Assembly: GCA_965213675.1 (NCBI GenBank) | Contig: OZ243916.1 | Location: 2,240,001 to 2,304,000, forward strand | Origin: an uncultured Candidatus Binatia bacterium | GTDB lineage: Bacteria; Desulfobacterota; Binatia; UBA9968; JAJDTQ01 | Direction: 5' to 3' | DNA length: 64,000 bases | Shown here: one piece after another, positions 13,051 to 23,061 of the stretch | Layout of the letters: each line of letters begins with the position of its first letter | Position numbering within the stretch: the first letter of the stretch is position 1 | The notes under the pieces: generated by a model | The model's database searches: none | What the model was told of the DNA's origin: nothing | What the model saw: the letters and a program-made list of their open reading frames with translations, nothing else | Program-made: the position numbers and the translations under genes

Positions 13051-13881
13051 ATGAGCAAGACACAAGAAGTTCCCCTCGAAGAGACCCAGGAATCGTCGTT
13101 TGTCAAGTCTGTGAAAGGCGTCTACAACCGCCACCGCATCGGCATCAACTTCTTCTTGTCGGTGATCCTGGCCCTGTTGACGTGGGAGTTCATCGACTAC
13201 ATCTTCGATGATCCCGACTTCTTCACCGGCCCAGTGGCAGTAGCGGTCGAATTCACCGTGCTGATCTACGAGCCGCGGTTCTGGGAAAACATCAACTACA
13301 GCGGCACCGAGCTGATCTACGGCTTCGGACTCGCCATGATCCTGGGAGTCGTCATCGGCGCGGCGGTGGCTTTCAGCAAGACCCTGGACGAGATGTTCTC
13401 CCCCATCCTGGTGGGCCTCTACGCCACACCGCGTTCGGTGGCGGCGCCGCTGTTCATCATCTGGCTGGGCCTCGGCATCGCCTCCAAGGTCGGCGTCATC
13501 ACCCTCGCCTCGGTGTTTCCCGTGATCATCAACACCCAGGCCGGCATCAAGAACGTTCAGGGCGAGTTCCGCATGCTGGGACGGGCCTTCAACATTTCGT
13601 TCTGGGGCATACTGACCAAGATCATCATACCGGGGTCGATGCCGTTCCTGATCGCGGGACTGAGGCTCGGCTACTCCCGGTCGGTGGTGACCATCATGGT
13701 GGCGGAGCTGTTCGGGGCCGAGGCCGGTATCGGCTACATGATCGACCACGCGACCCAGACGTTCCACGTGGCCGAAATGATGGTGGGCATCTCGCTCCTG
13801 ACCATCATGGGCATCGCGGGCAACGAGATCCTGAAGGGCGTCGAGCGCTGGGCCACGCCTTACAGGAAGACTTTGGTCTAA
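13051..13881 (+). CDS. ABC transporter permease (NitT/TauT/SsuC type)
   Basis: Motifs LYATPRSVAAPLFIIWLG, IIIPGSMPFLIAGLRLG, AELFGAEAGIGY. Confidence 0.9.
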   Translation: MSKTQEVPLEETQESSFVKSVKGVYNRHRIGINFFLSVILALLTWEFIDYIFDDPDFFTGPVAVAVEFTVLIYEPRFWENINYSGTELIYGFGLAMILGVVIGAAVAFSKTLDEMFSPILVGLYATPRSVAAPLFIIWLGLGIASKVGVITLASVFPVIINTQAGIKNVQGEFRMLGRAFNISFWGILTKIIIPGSMPFLIAGLRLGYSRSVVTIMVAELFGAEAGIGYMIDHATQTFHVAEMMVGISLLTIMGIAGNEILKGVERWATPYRKTLV

Positions 13882-13904
13882 GCAAAAGAGCCGGAAGCGG
13901 AGCC

Positions 13905-14690
13905 ATGGAAGCCTTGTCAAGGATCTATCAGCAGCAGCGAAGATGGCTGAACGCCATCTTCGGCCTCACCGTCGTGGCGGTGTTCTGGTCATTCGCCAAC
14001 TGGCAGGTCAACAGCGAGTTGTTCTTCGTGGGCCCATGGCGGGTGATTACCTACACCTACGAACTATTCGCCAGCGGCGAGATCCTTGACGATCTGTACA
14101 TCAGCGGCATCGAGTTCTTTTGGGGATTCGGCGTGGCCGCGTTCGCGGGCATCGCCCTCGGGATGATTTTCGGGATCAGCCGGGTTTTCCGCGAATTCTT
14201 CGATCCCTGGCTCAGCGCGGTCTATGCCACACCGTCGGTGGCCTTGGCGCCGCTCATCATCATCTGGTTCGGCGTGGACCTCACGGCCAAGATCGTCATC
14301 GTCCTCATCACCGCGGTCGTCCCCATCGTCCTGAACACCTACACCGGGGTCCTGAGCGTCGGCAAGGAATTCCAGACCCTGGCCAACTCGTTCTGCATTC
14401 CCAAGAATCAGGTCCTTTACAAGATCCTCATTCCGGGTTCACTCCCCTACATCGTCACGGGGCTGCGCCTCGGCATCTCCCGCGGGATCGTGGGAGTCGT
14501 CGTGGGAGAGTATTTCGGCGCGTATGCGGGACTCGGCTATCAACTGTTCAAGGGACTGGATACCTTCAACATGCCGCTCATGATGTCGTGCGCGGCCATG
14601 CTCGCCGGCACCGGCGTGGTGCTCAATCAGGCGATTCTCGTGATCGAGCGCCGCATGGCGCCCTGGCGTGACACCCAATTACAGGAGTAG
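13905..14690 (+). CDS. ABC transporter permease (NitT/TauT/SsuC type)
   Basis: Motifs YATPSVALAPLIIIWFG, ILIPGSLPYIVTGLRLG, GEYFGAYAGLGY. Confidence 0.9.
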   Translation: MEALSRIYQQQRRWLNAIFGLTVVAVFWSFANWQVNSELFFVGPWRVITYTYELFASGEILDDLYISGIEFFWGFGVAAFAGIALGMIFGISRVFREFFDPWLSAVYATPSVALAPLIIIWFGVDLTAKIVIVLITAVVPIVLNTYTGVLSVGKEFQTLANSFCIPKNQVLYKILIPGSLPYIVTGLRLGISRGIVGVVVGEYFGAYAGLGYQLFKGLDTFNMPLMMSCAAMLAGTGVVLNQAILVIERRMAPWRDTQLQE

Positions 14691-14693
14691 TCC

Positions 14694-15485
14694 GTGTCGT
14701 CATCGATTCAGGTAGAGCAAATCCACAAGACCTTCATGAAACCCACCGGGGAGACGGTCCATGCCGTGGGCGGCGTCGACATGGATCTCCGTCCGGGGAC
14801 GTTCTATTCGTTCGTGGGACCCAGCGGCTGCGGCAAGACGACGCTGCTACACATGATCCATGGGCTGCTGCCCCCTACCAGGGGCCGTATCCTGCTGGAC
14901 GGCGAGGAAGTGACCGGTCCGACGCCCAACAAGGCCGTGGTGTTCCAGCAGGCCCTGCTGCTACCTTGGCGGAACGTTACCGACAACATCCAGTTCGGCA
15001 TCGAGAACGACCGCAGCATGTCCGCCACCGAAAAGCGCGAGATCTGCGACAAGTACACGCAGATCGTCGGGCTGCGCGGCTTCGAGACCCACTACCCCCA
15101 CGAACTCTCCGGCGGCATGCAACAGCGTGTGAACCTGGCCCGCGCGCTGGCGGTGGACCCTGAAATTCTCCTGATGGACGAACCCTTCGCCTCCCTGGAC
15201 GCCCAGACGCGGCTGCTCATGCAGGAAGAGCTGCAGCGGATGATCGACTGGAAGAACTCGGGCAAGATAGTGGTCTTCGTGACCCACGACATCGAGGAAG
15301 CCGTGTTTCTTTCCGACGTCGTTTTCTGCTTCAGCTTCAGGCCGGGGACCATCATGAAAGAGATCAAGGTCCCTTTCCCCACCCCGCGCACACTACGAGT
15401 CAAGGAAGAACCCGAGTTCCTGCAGATCAAGCACGACATCTGGGAGTTGCTCGCGGACGAGGCTCGCAAGGCCATGGAGGAGTAG
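14694..15485 (+). CDS. ABC transporter ATP-binding protein (NitT/TauT)
   Basis: Walker A GPSGCGKT, signature LSGGMQQR, Walker B LLMDEPF, VTHD. Confidence 0.95.
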   Translation: MSSSIQVEQIHKTFMKPTGETVHAVGGVDMDLRPGTFYSFVGPSGCGKTTLLHMIHGLLPPTRGRILLDGEEVTGPTPNKAVVFQQALLLPWRNVTDNIQFGIENDRSMSATEKREICDKYTQIVGLRGFETHYPHELSGGMQQRVNLARALAVDPEILLMDEPFASLDAQTRLLMQEELQRMIDWKNSGKIVVFVTHDIEEAVFLSDVVFCFSFRPGTIMKEIKVPFPTPRTLRVKEEPEFLQIKHDIWELLADEARKAMEE

Positions 15486-15687
15486 CCCCCCGCCGTTTGG
15501 CAGGCATCGTTCCATTTGTTCCATTTGCACCGGCAATAACGCGAAGTTCTGGGCTGAGTCTCACAAACAAGGAGGGACGCCGATGAAAACTGAACTTGTC
15601 GTTGGAAGAGTCGCCGTTGCCTGACTGCGGGCATGCCTGTCACAGGTCGGCCGGACGCCGACCCTGAAACAGCAAAGGGGAGCACTC

Positions 15688-16710
15688 ATGACATCCAAGC
15701 GCATTGCGAAGATTATTGTCGCGGCCTTGCTGGGCACCGGCCTGTTGTTCGCCGGCCACGCGTTGGCCCTGGAGAAGCTCCGTATCCCGGTGGCGTCCCC
15801 CAACTCGAGCACCGCACTGGTGCAGCAGGTGGGCATCCACAAGGGCTGGTTCAAGGAGATCGGCTACGACGCCGGGGTCTACTCGGTGTCGGGCGGCGAG
15901 AACGCCGCCGTGCTGGCCCTGGAACGGGGTCAGCTCCCCTTCTTCAGCTCGGACGACGTCGTTCCCTTGGCCATTCGTCCCAGCAGCAACATCCGGGTCG
16001 TCGGCACCTTGATGAATACACTGCCCTACTGGCTGGTGGGCGGCAAACACGTCAAGTCGTACAAGGACCTGCCCCGGCCCGTGAAAGTGGGCATCAGCTC
16101 CCCCACCTCGGGTAATGTCTATGTGTCCCTCAAGCTGCTCGAGACCGCCGGCATTGACAGAAAGGATGTGCGCCTGGTGAAAGTCGGCGGGTCGTCGGCG
16201 CGTCTGGCAGGGGTCAAAGCGGGCAAGATCGACGTGGGCTCGCTGACCTTCGGCAACATGCTGCGCGCCCGGGAAGCGCAGTTGACGATCCTCGGCGCCG
16301 CCAACCAGTTCGTGAAGGAATACGCCTTCACGCAACTGGGCATGAACAAGAACTACATCAAGGACAATCCGGAGAAGGCCACGGCCATGTTCGGTACCCT
16401 CATCCGCGGGTGTGCGTACATCAACGACCCCGCGAACAAGGAAGAGGTGATGCACGTCCTCACGAAGGTCATGCGCAACAAGCCGAACCTGGCCAAGGAG
16501 ATGTACGACATCGAGGTGACCAAGAGCAAGCACATCCCGGACCGCTGCCAAGCCACCGAGGCGGGCATCAAGGCCTTCCTCGACTCGGCCTTCTGGACCA
16601 AGTCCATAGCGGCGGACACCAAGATTCCGCCCATCAACGAGATCCTGTTCCCCGAGTTCTATGAACGCGCCTTGGCTTGGTACAACAACAAGGGATGGAT
16701 GAAGAACTAG
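15688..16710 (+). CDS. ABC substrate-binding protein (NMT1/THI5/SsuA-like)
   Basis: Signal peptide (..AGHALA-LEK), 340 aa, downstream of the ABC core. Confidence 0.85.
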   Translation: MTSKRIAKIIVAALLGTGLLFAGHALALEKLRIPVASPNSSTALVQQVGIHKGWFKEIGYDAGVYSVSGGENAAVLALERGQLPFFSSDDVVPLAIRPSSNIRVVGTLMNTLPYWLVGGKHVKSYKDLPRPVKVGISSPTSGNVYVSLKLLETAGIDRKDVRLVKVGGSSARLAGVKAGKIDVGSLTFGNMLRAREAQLTILGAANQFVKEYAFTQLGMNKNYIKDNPEKATAMFGTLIRGCAYINDPANKEEVMHVLTKVMRNKPNLAKEMYDIEVTKSKHIPDRCQATEAGIKAFLDSAFWTKSIAADTKIPPINEILFPEFYERALAWYNNKGWMKN

Positions 16711-16840
16711 GGAAGAGTCACAGCAAAGGATGTTGCAGAGAGAGGGATCCCTCTGATGTCTCACAAGACGTCGGACGGGTCCCCCTTCTATCAATAACAG
16801 GCCGACAACGGCCAGTAGCGAACAACAAGGAGGAAACCAC

Positions 16841-17863
16841 ATGAGGGCCAAGAGCATTGCAAGGGGAATCACCACAGCCCTGCTGGGAGCCAGCCTCGTC
16901 TGGAGCGGGCACGCACTCGCACTGGAGAAACTCCGCATCCCGGTGGCGCAGACCACCTCCACCACGTCGCTGGTGGAGCAGGTGGCCATCCACAAAGGCT
17001 TTTTCAAGGACATCGGCTACGACGCCAGGGTCTACTCGGTCTCGGGCGGTGAGAACGCCGCGGTCCTCGCCCTGGAACGGGGTCAGCTCCCGTTTTTCGG
17101 ATCGGATGACAACATCGCCCTGGCCATTCGTCCAGGCAGCAGCATCCGCATCGTCGGCACCGAGGTGAACACCCTGCCCTACTGGCTCGTGGGCGGCAAA
17201 CACGTCAAGTCCTACAAGGACCTGCCCCGGCCCGTGAAGGTGGGCATCAGTTCTCCCACGTCCGGCAACGTCTACGTGTCTCTCAAGCTGCTGGGGACTG
17301 CGGGCATTCCCGAGAAGGACGTGCGCCTGGTGAAGGTCGGTGGATCGTCGGCGCGGTTGGCCGGCGTCAAGGCTGGCAAGATCGACGTGGGCTCGCTCAC
17401 CTTCGGCAAGATGCTGGCCGCGCGGGACGCGGGCCTGACGGTTCTCGGCGCCGCGGAACAGTTCGTGAAGGAATACGCGTTCCTGCAGCTCGCCATGAAC
17501 AAGAACTTCATCAAGGACAACCCCGAGAAGGCCACCGCCTTGATGGGCACGCTCGTTCGTGCATGCGCCTTCATCAACGACCCGGCCAATGGCGAGGAAG
17601 TGCTGCACGTCTACGAGAAGGTGATGCGCAACAAGCCGCACATCGCCAAGAAGATGTACGAGATCGAGATCGTGGAAGCGAAGTCCATCCCGAACCGCTG
17701 TCAGGCGACTGCGGCAGGTATCGATGCGTACATCGAGTCCGCGTTCTGGACCAAGTCCATCGACAAGGACACCAAGGTCCCGCCAGTGGAACAGATCATG
17801 TTCAAGGAGTTCCACGACAAGGCCGTGGCCTGGTATGAGAACAAGGGCTGGATGAAGAAGTAG
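16841..17863 (+). CDS. ABC substrate-binding protein, tandem paralog
   Basis: Same length as the previous gene, with long identical blocks; AGGAGG RBS. Confidence 0.85.
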   Translation: MRAKSIARGITTALLGASLVWSGHALALEKLRIPVAQTTSTTSLVEQVAIHKGFFKDIGYDARVYSVSGGENAAVLALERGQLPFFGSDDNIALAIRPGSSIRIVGTEVNTLPYWLVGGKHVKSYKDLPRPVKVGISSPTSGNVYVSLKLLGTAGIPEKDVRLVKVGGSSARLAGVKAGKIDVGSLTFGKMLAARDAGLTVLGAAEQFVKEYAFLQLAMNKNFIKDNPEKATALMGTLVRACAFINDPANGEEVLHVYEKVMRNKPHIAKKMYEIEIVEAKSIPNRCQATAAGIDAYIESAFWTKSIDKDTKVPPVEQIMFKEFHDKAVAWYENKGWMKK

Positions 17864-17895
17864 AATCGACAGGCGACGCCGTCGCCAGCGCGAGG

Positions 17896-17941
17896 AAGGG
17901 GTCCTTTCGATGCCGCCGGGCACCGGGAGGGCCCCTTTTTT
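17896..17941 (+). terminator. Rho-independent terminator
   Basis: Hairpin aaggggtcctttcgatgcc...ggcaccgggagggcccctt followed by a T-run, after the ABC operon. Confidence 0.7.
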
Positions 17942-18041
17942 GCACCCGCGAAGACCGCGACCCTCCACCTCGTCGTTTCCACCTCCACGGGTATCCGGGG
18001 GCGGGAATGACGGTAGCGGGCGTTCTCGACGGTATCGACGG

Positions 18042-19244
18042 TCAGGCGAGCAGTTGCAGCGCGGCTGCGGCGTAGATGCGCGCGGCCCGGCGAACTTGTT
18101 CCAGCGGCACCACTTCGGCGTCCGTATGGGCGAAGGCGAGATCGCCGGGACCAAACATGACCGTCTCGATGCCCTGCTCGTTCAGGTAGCCCGCGTCCAG
18201 CGCCGCCGGGAAGTAAATCGGCGGCCCGGCCTCCCCCGCTTCCCCGCGCGCCGCCTCCAGGGCTGCAGCCACGTCGCTGCTGGCCGGCACGTCCGCCGGA
18301 TACATGAAGTTCCCCCGAATCACCTCCACCTGCCAGGGTTCGATGTCCGCCAGCGCTCGGGAGATGGCGGCCAACGCCTCCGACGGGTCCTCTCCCGGCA
18401 TGAGCCGCCGGTCCAGCGTCAGCCGGCAGCGGTCCTGGATGGTGTGGAGGATGTCGGGACCGCTCTCGATGTGAGTGGCCACCAAGCTCGCCGGACCCAG
18501 CTCCGGGTGGGCGATGCCCGCCACCAATCCATCCAGGCGTTCCAGGACGGCGCGGGCGCCGTCCACCGCATTGATCCCGGCCCACGGCGTGCTGCTGTGA
18601 CAGGACTTGCCGCGCACCACCACGTCCACGTCGATGCGGCCCTTGTTGCCCAGGCAGACCCGGTTGGTGGTGCCCAGTCCGACGATTCCGTAACGCGCGG
18701 CAAGCCCTTCCTCCTCCAGCATGTGACGCGCGGCGTCATGCCGCCCGGTTTCCCCCGCGAGACTCACCGCCAGGGACAGCGGCCGGGTCAGCTCCAGGCC
18801 CGATCGGCACACCGCCGCCGCGCCCGCCATCATGGCGGCAAGCGCGGCCTTCTGCTCGCAGCCGCCGCGGCCCCATAGGCATGGGCCGTCCAGTCCGTAG
18901 TCCTCGCCGCGAACGACTTTCGCCGAGAACGGCTCGGGCATCGAAGCCGCCGGAAAGGTCATCGCGTAACCCATGAAGAGCAGCCCTTCCGCCGCATCGG
19001 ACCCTGCGCCGCCGCACCGCCACAGCAGGTTGCCCATGCCGTCGGCGCGCGGCGCCACGCCGGTGAGTCCTTGAAGCCTGGGCGCCACCACATCGGCGGC
19101 AAACCGCTTGACCGCGGGATCCGCCTCCATAAGCTCGGTGTGCACCGACGGCGCCCGGAGCAGCGCCCCAAACAGCGCATCCAGCTCCAGATCGTCGACA
19201 TGCCTGCCAGCAACGACAAAGGCTTCGCGTGGGTCCATCGTCAT
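18042..19244 (-). CDS. M20/ArgE-DapE family protein with degenerate metal site
   Basis: Motifs LWGRGG, GKSCHSSTPW.GINA, LDRRLMPGE, FGPG, AHT.AE; several metal ligands substituted. Confidence 0.8.
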   Translation of the reverse strand: MTMDPREAFVVAGRHVDDLELDALFGALLRAPSVHTELMEADPAVKRFAADVVAPRLQGLTGVAPRADGMGNLLWRCGGAGSDAAEGLLFMGYAMTFPAASMPEPFSAKVVRGEDYGLDGPCLWGRGGCEQKAALAAMMAGAAAVCRSGLELTRPLSLAVSLAGETGRHDAARHMLEEEGLAARYGIVGLGTTNRVCLGNKGRIDVDVVVRGKSCHSSTPWAGINAVDGARAVLERLDGLVAGIAHPELGPASLVATHIESGPDILHTIQDRCRLTLDRRLMPGEDPSEALAAISRALADIEPWQVEVIRGNFMYPADVPASSDVAAALEAARGEAGEAGPPIYFPAALDAGYLNEQGIETVMFGPGDLAFAHTDAEVVPLEQVRRAARIYAAAALQLLA

Positions 19245-19312
19245 GCGTCAAGCGCGATACGGCCGTTCACCTTTTTCCATGCGTCCATGCTGCTGCCCCA
19301 CGCATCCGGCGC

Positions 19313-19966
19313 CTACTCACGCCGGCCCTCGAAGATCTCCACCCGGATGGCCTGCCCCCGGCCGGATTCCGGGCAGGCGCTGACCGCCGCCAGGCAGTCC
19401 ATCTCCGCGCGAAAGTCCACGTGGGCCTCATCCCTGGGGCGTATGAAGGTGTCGAAGATGGCGCCCGTGTCCGGGTCGAAGCGCATGGTCTGGAAGATAT
19501 TGAACGGGCTCGGAATGTCCACCGGAGCGATGTCCCAAGGGCGCACCGCCTCGGACAGGTTCTCGTAGCACCCGTGGGTGGGAATGTCCTCGGGCCGCTT
19601 GGGGTTGGGGTCCACCCCCTCGATGAAGTTGCGTTGGGCGCGTCCCGCCGCCACCAGTTCGAAGCGCTTGCGGCTGCACATGCCCTTCTGCAGATCGTGC
19701 CGCCCCTCCGCAAACGTGTCCGCGACGATGGTCAGCAGCGGATTGTTGAGCTTGGACAGAAGCTGATCGCCCGTGCTGATGAATAGCTTGGCCTGGTTGG
19801 TCTTGGTGCGCGCCTGATCGAATCGCTCCGTCAGGTCGTGCAGGTTGAAAGCCACGAAATCCACCACCGACCGGCCCGCCACCCGCAGGCACTGCCCTCT
19901 CAGAACGGTAAGGGCAAACCCCGAATTCTTCGGAACGGTCACGCTGCTCAGAACGCGGTTCAGCAT
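19313..19966 (-). CDS. DUF1989 / urea-carboxylase-associated family protein (second paralog)
   Basis: Motifs ERFDQARTK, TIVADTFAEG.HDLQKGMC, HGCYENL, SACP, shared with 9432-10064. Confidence 0.85.
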   Translation of the reverse strand: MLNRVLSSVTVPKNSGFALTVLRGQCLRVAGRSVVDFVAFNLHDLTERFDQARTKTNQAKLFISTGDQLLSKLNNPLLTIVADTFAEGRHDLQKGMCSRKRFELVAAGRAQRNFIEGVDPNPKRPEDIPTHGCYENLSEAVRPWDIAPVDIPSPFNIFQTMRFDPDTGAIFDTFIRPRDEAHVDFRAEMDCLAAVSACPESGRGQAIRVEIFEGRRE

Positions 19967-20233
19967 ACATTACAATCCTGCGTTGGCGGCCAACTCGTCG
20001 TATCCGCCTTCGGAAGTCTGGATGCGCCCTCAACTACCAGTGCCCGGATGCTGTCTCAGGTACGGCTCCTCATCCTTGAAGCAACGCCAAGGCGGCATGG
20101 TCATGTGTCACAGTCGGGTTGGACGATGTCAAGAGCGCGGTTCGCGCCCTGTGCCGCACGGCGCCTCCCCTTGCGTTGAAGGTAGCCTCGTGCTACCTGA
20201 AAATCAGTCGGCGTTTACCAAGGGAGGCATGCC

Positions 20234-20950
20234 ATGTTCACCGACAAGGTCGAATTGAAAGACTTCGAAAAGATGGATCCGGAGTATCAGGATCTGCTGA
20301 AGCGGGTGCTGGCGATCCAGTGCGACTGCGAGATCGGTGGGCCGCACCTCTACCTGGACGACATGCTGCCCAGCGCGCCCAGCAAGCTGTACCGACTCGT
20401 GGTGGCACGCACCGCGGCGGAGGAAGTGGACCACTACCGCAAGATGGCCAAGCTGGCCAGCGACATCGGCGAGGACACGTCCTACGTGCTGAGCTGGCCC
20501 AACCAGAAGCGCTACGTGGAAGCGTTCCGCGGCAAGATCACGACGTGGGAAGATTTTGCCGTGTTCGGCTTCCTGATCGACCGTGTCGGTCGCTACCAGC
20601 TCGAGGAGTTCCAGGACTGCAGCTACGTGCCCCTGGCCGAACTCCTGCCTACGGTGGAGCAGGAAGAAGTGGCGCACATCTCCTTCGGCACCAACATGAC
20701 GCGGGAACTGGCCGAGAAGGGCGACGAATCCCGGGAACGTGTCCAGAAGTCCATCAACTACTGGTACGTCAAGGGTCTCGACATGTTCGGCAAGTCGGAG
20801 TCGTGGCGCTCCGAACGTTTCCGTCATTGGGGCCTCAAGCGGCGCACCAACGCCGAGGCGCGGCAGCAATACACCGACGAGATCAACGCCCTCATCACCG
20901 GCATGGGCCTCGACATCCCGGATCCCAACGAGGGCCGGCTCTACGCCTGA
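20234..20950 (+). CDS. PaaA/BoxB-like ferritin-fold diiron protein
   Basis: GGAGG RBS. Diiron ligand pattern E (DCEIGG), EEVDH, D (IDRVG), EEVAH; DMFG...WGLK.RTN.E.RQ as in PaaA. Confidence 0.8.
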   Translation: MFTDKVELKDFEKMDPEYQDLLKRVLAIQCDCEIGGPHLYLDDMLPSAPSKLYRLVVARTAAEEVDHYRKMAKLASDIGEDTSYVLSWPNQKRYVEAFRGKITTWEDFAVFGFLIDRVGRYQLEEFQDCSYVPLAELLPTVEQEEVAHISFGTNMTRELAEKGDESRERVQKSINYWYVKGLDMFGKSESWRSERFRHWGLKRRTNAEARQQYTDEINALITGMGLDIPDPNEGRLYA

Positions 20951-20963
20951 GACGGAATCCACG

Positions 20964-21152
20964 ATGGCACAAGCACCCCGTTCAGCGGCAATCGACGAGC
21001 ACCTGAAGGAATGCATCGCGGCGGTCCACGGCGCCGTCAACCGGGCGATCCCCAACGTTCAGGACGAGAAGATCGTGGACCAGGCGCTCCGGGACTGTCA
21101 GGAAGTCCTGGACATGGTGATGGAGGGGAAGGTCTCCGAGTGGGTGGAGTGA
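20964..21152 (+). CDS. Small hypothetical protein (62 aa, helical)
   Basis: MAQAPRSAAIDEHLKECIAAVH..; host-like codon usage; starts 13 nt after the diiron gene. Confidence 0.65.
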   Translation: MAQAPRSAAIDEHLKECIAAVHGAVNRAIPNVQDEKIVDQALRDCQEVLDMVMEGKVSEWVE

Positions 21153-21243
21153 CCCCGACGGATTCCTCTCTCCCGCCATCGCATCCGAACGCACCACAGG
21201 TCGGCGCGGCCGGCCCGCACACCCCCTGCCGGAGGTTCGCAAC

Positions 21244-22023
21244 TTGGACATCGTGGTCTGCGGCAAGATCATTCCCGCCAGCACCGTCACCATTGAGATC
21301 GATCCCGCCACCAAGCGGATGATCCGCAAAGGCGTGGCTCACGAACTGGACCCGGCGGCGGCCAGCGCCGTGGAGGAAGCCCTGCGGTTGATGGAGAAGG
21401 TGGGCGGCACGGTTACGCTGGTGACCATGGGTTTCAACGAGATCACCATCGGCATCCGCACCGCCTTGGCCATGGGCGCCACCTCCGCGGTGCACATCTT
21501 CGACGACGCGCTGGCGGGATCCGACACGCTGGCGACGGCCAAGGCCCTGACCGCGGCCATCCGCAAGAAGCCCTTCGACCTCATCATCTGCGGCACCGAG
21601 AGCAGCGACAGCTATTCCGGCATCGTGCCGGGCCAGATCGCGCGGCTGCTCGGGGTCCCGCCCGTGACCTTTGCCAACGACATGAGCGTGGAAGGCAATA
21701 CCCTCACGGTGCAACGCCAGAGCGAGTCCGGCTACGACGTGGTGGAGGCCGACCTGCCCGCGCTGGTGACGGTGACCAGTGGAATCAACGAACCCCGCTA
21801 CCCCAAGCTCAAGGGCATCATGGCGGCCAAGCGGAAAGAGATCGTGCAGTACTCCGCGGCAGACCTGGGGCTTGCGGCCAGCGACGTGGGAGAGGCGGGC
21901 GCGAGAGAGAAGGTACTGGAGGTGGGCCGGCCGCCCCAGCGGGAGGCCGGCGAGGTGGTGGAGGACGACGGCGATGGGGGCAAGCGCATCGCCGATTTTC
22001 TGGCCGAGGCCAAGGTTCTCTAG
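21244..22023 (+). CDS. etfB: Electron transfer flavoprotein beta subunit
   Basis: Motifs DIVVCGK, AVEEALRL, ALAMGA, GSDTLATA, INEPRYP.LKGIMAAK; TTG start. Confidence 0.92.
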   Translation: MDIVVCGKIIPASTVTIEIDPATKRMIRKGVAHELDPAAASAVEEALRLMEKVGGTVTLVTMGFNEITIGIRTALAMGATSAVHIFDDALAGSDTLATAKALTAAIRKKPFDLIICGTESSDSYSGIVPGQIARLLGVPPVTFANDMSVEGNTLTVQRQSESGYDVVEADLPALVTVTSGINEPRYPKLKGIMAAKRKEIVQYSAADLGLAASDVGEAGAREKVLEVGRPPQREAGEVVEDDGDGGKRIADFLAEAKVL

Positions 22024-22062
22024 GAGCCTGCGCCGCTGACACCGGCGGGACGCGACACTGGC

Positions 22063-23061
22063 ATGTCTGAAGTGATTTGGGTCTATGGCGAGGTGGTGGA
22101 TGACGCCCTCACCTCGACGACACTGGAAATGGTCACGAAGGCGGCCGCCGTGGGTACCGCCGAGGTGATCCTGCTGGGTCCGGCGCCGGACAACGCGGTG
22201 GAATTACTGGGCGAGCACGGCGCCAGCAAGATTTTTCGATCCCCCGACCCGGTGTTCCACGACTTCCTGACGCTGCCTGCGGCCACCGCGGTGGAATCCC
22301 TGATCCGGCGGCACAAGCCCGCCATGGTCCTGTTCGCGTCGAGCTACGGTGGTCGGGACGTGGCCGCCGCCTTGAGCGCCAGCCTCGACTGCGGCGCCAT
22401 CACCGACGTGGCGGACTTCACTCCGACCGGCGGCACGGTGGCGGCGAAAATCCCCGCGTTGGGCGCCAGCTACTGGAACACCGCCACGCTGGCGCACGAC
22501 GACGTGAAGCTCCTGCTGGTGCGGCCCAAGTCCTTCGAGCCTGCTTCGAACCCCAGAACCCCGGTGGTCGAAGAGGTGGCCGCTCCGGACGACCGCGAGT
22601 TGCGCAAGATCCGGCTCAAGGAAAAGGTCACCGCCAAGGCCGAAGGGCCGCAACTCGACGGCGCCAAGGTCGTGGTCTCCGGCGGCCGCGGGCTTGCCGG
22701 GGCCGAGAACTTCGACATGCTGCGGGAGCTGGCGGAGTTGCTGAACGGCGCCGTGGGCGCCACCCGCGCCGTGGTGGACTCGGGCTGGGTACCCTACTCC
22801 CTTCAAATCGGCCAGACCGGCAAGACCGTCAAGCCCGAGCTTTACATCGCCTGTGGTATTTCCGGGGCCGTGCAGCATCTCGCTGGCATGAAGGATTCCA
22901 AACTGATCGTCGCCGTCAACAAGGACCCCGACGCCCCGATCTTCCAGATGTGCGACCTGGGCATCGTGGGGGATGTCTTCAAGATCGTCCCCCAGTTGAT
23001 CGAAGAGATCAAGGCGCGCCGGCAGGCGCCGGCGTCACAAGCACAGACGTCGGCCTCTTGA
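22063..23061 (+). CDS. etfA: Electron transfer flavoprotein alpha subunit
   Basis: Motifs [48 protein letters not shown]. Confidence 0.95.
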   Translation: MSEVIWVYGEVVDDALTSTTLEMVTKAAAVGTAEVILLGPAPDNAVELLGEHGASKIFRSPDPVFHDFLTLPAATAVESLIRRHKPAMVLFASSYGGRDVAAALSASLDCGAITDVADFTPTGGTVAAKIPALGASYWNTATLAHDDVKLLLVRPKSFEPASNPRTPVVEEVAAPDDRELRKIRLKEKVTAKAEGPQLDGAKVVVSGGRGLAGAENFDMLRELAELLNGAVGATRAVVDSGWVPYSLQIGQTGKTVKPELYIACGISGAVQHLAGMKDSKLIVAVNKDPDAPIFQMCDLGIVGDVFKIVPQLIEEIKARRQAPASQAQTSAS

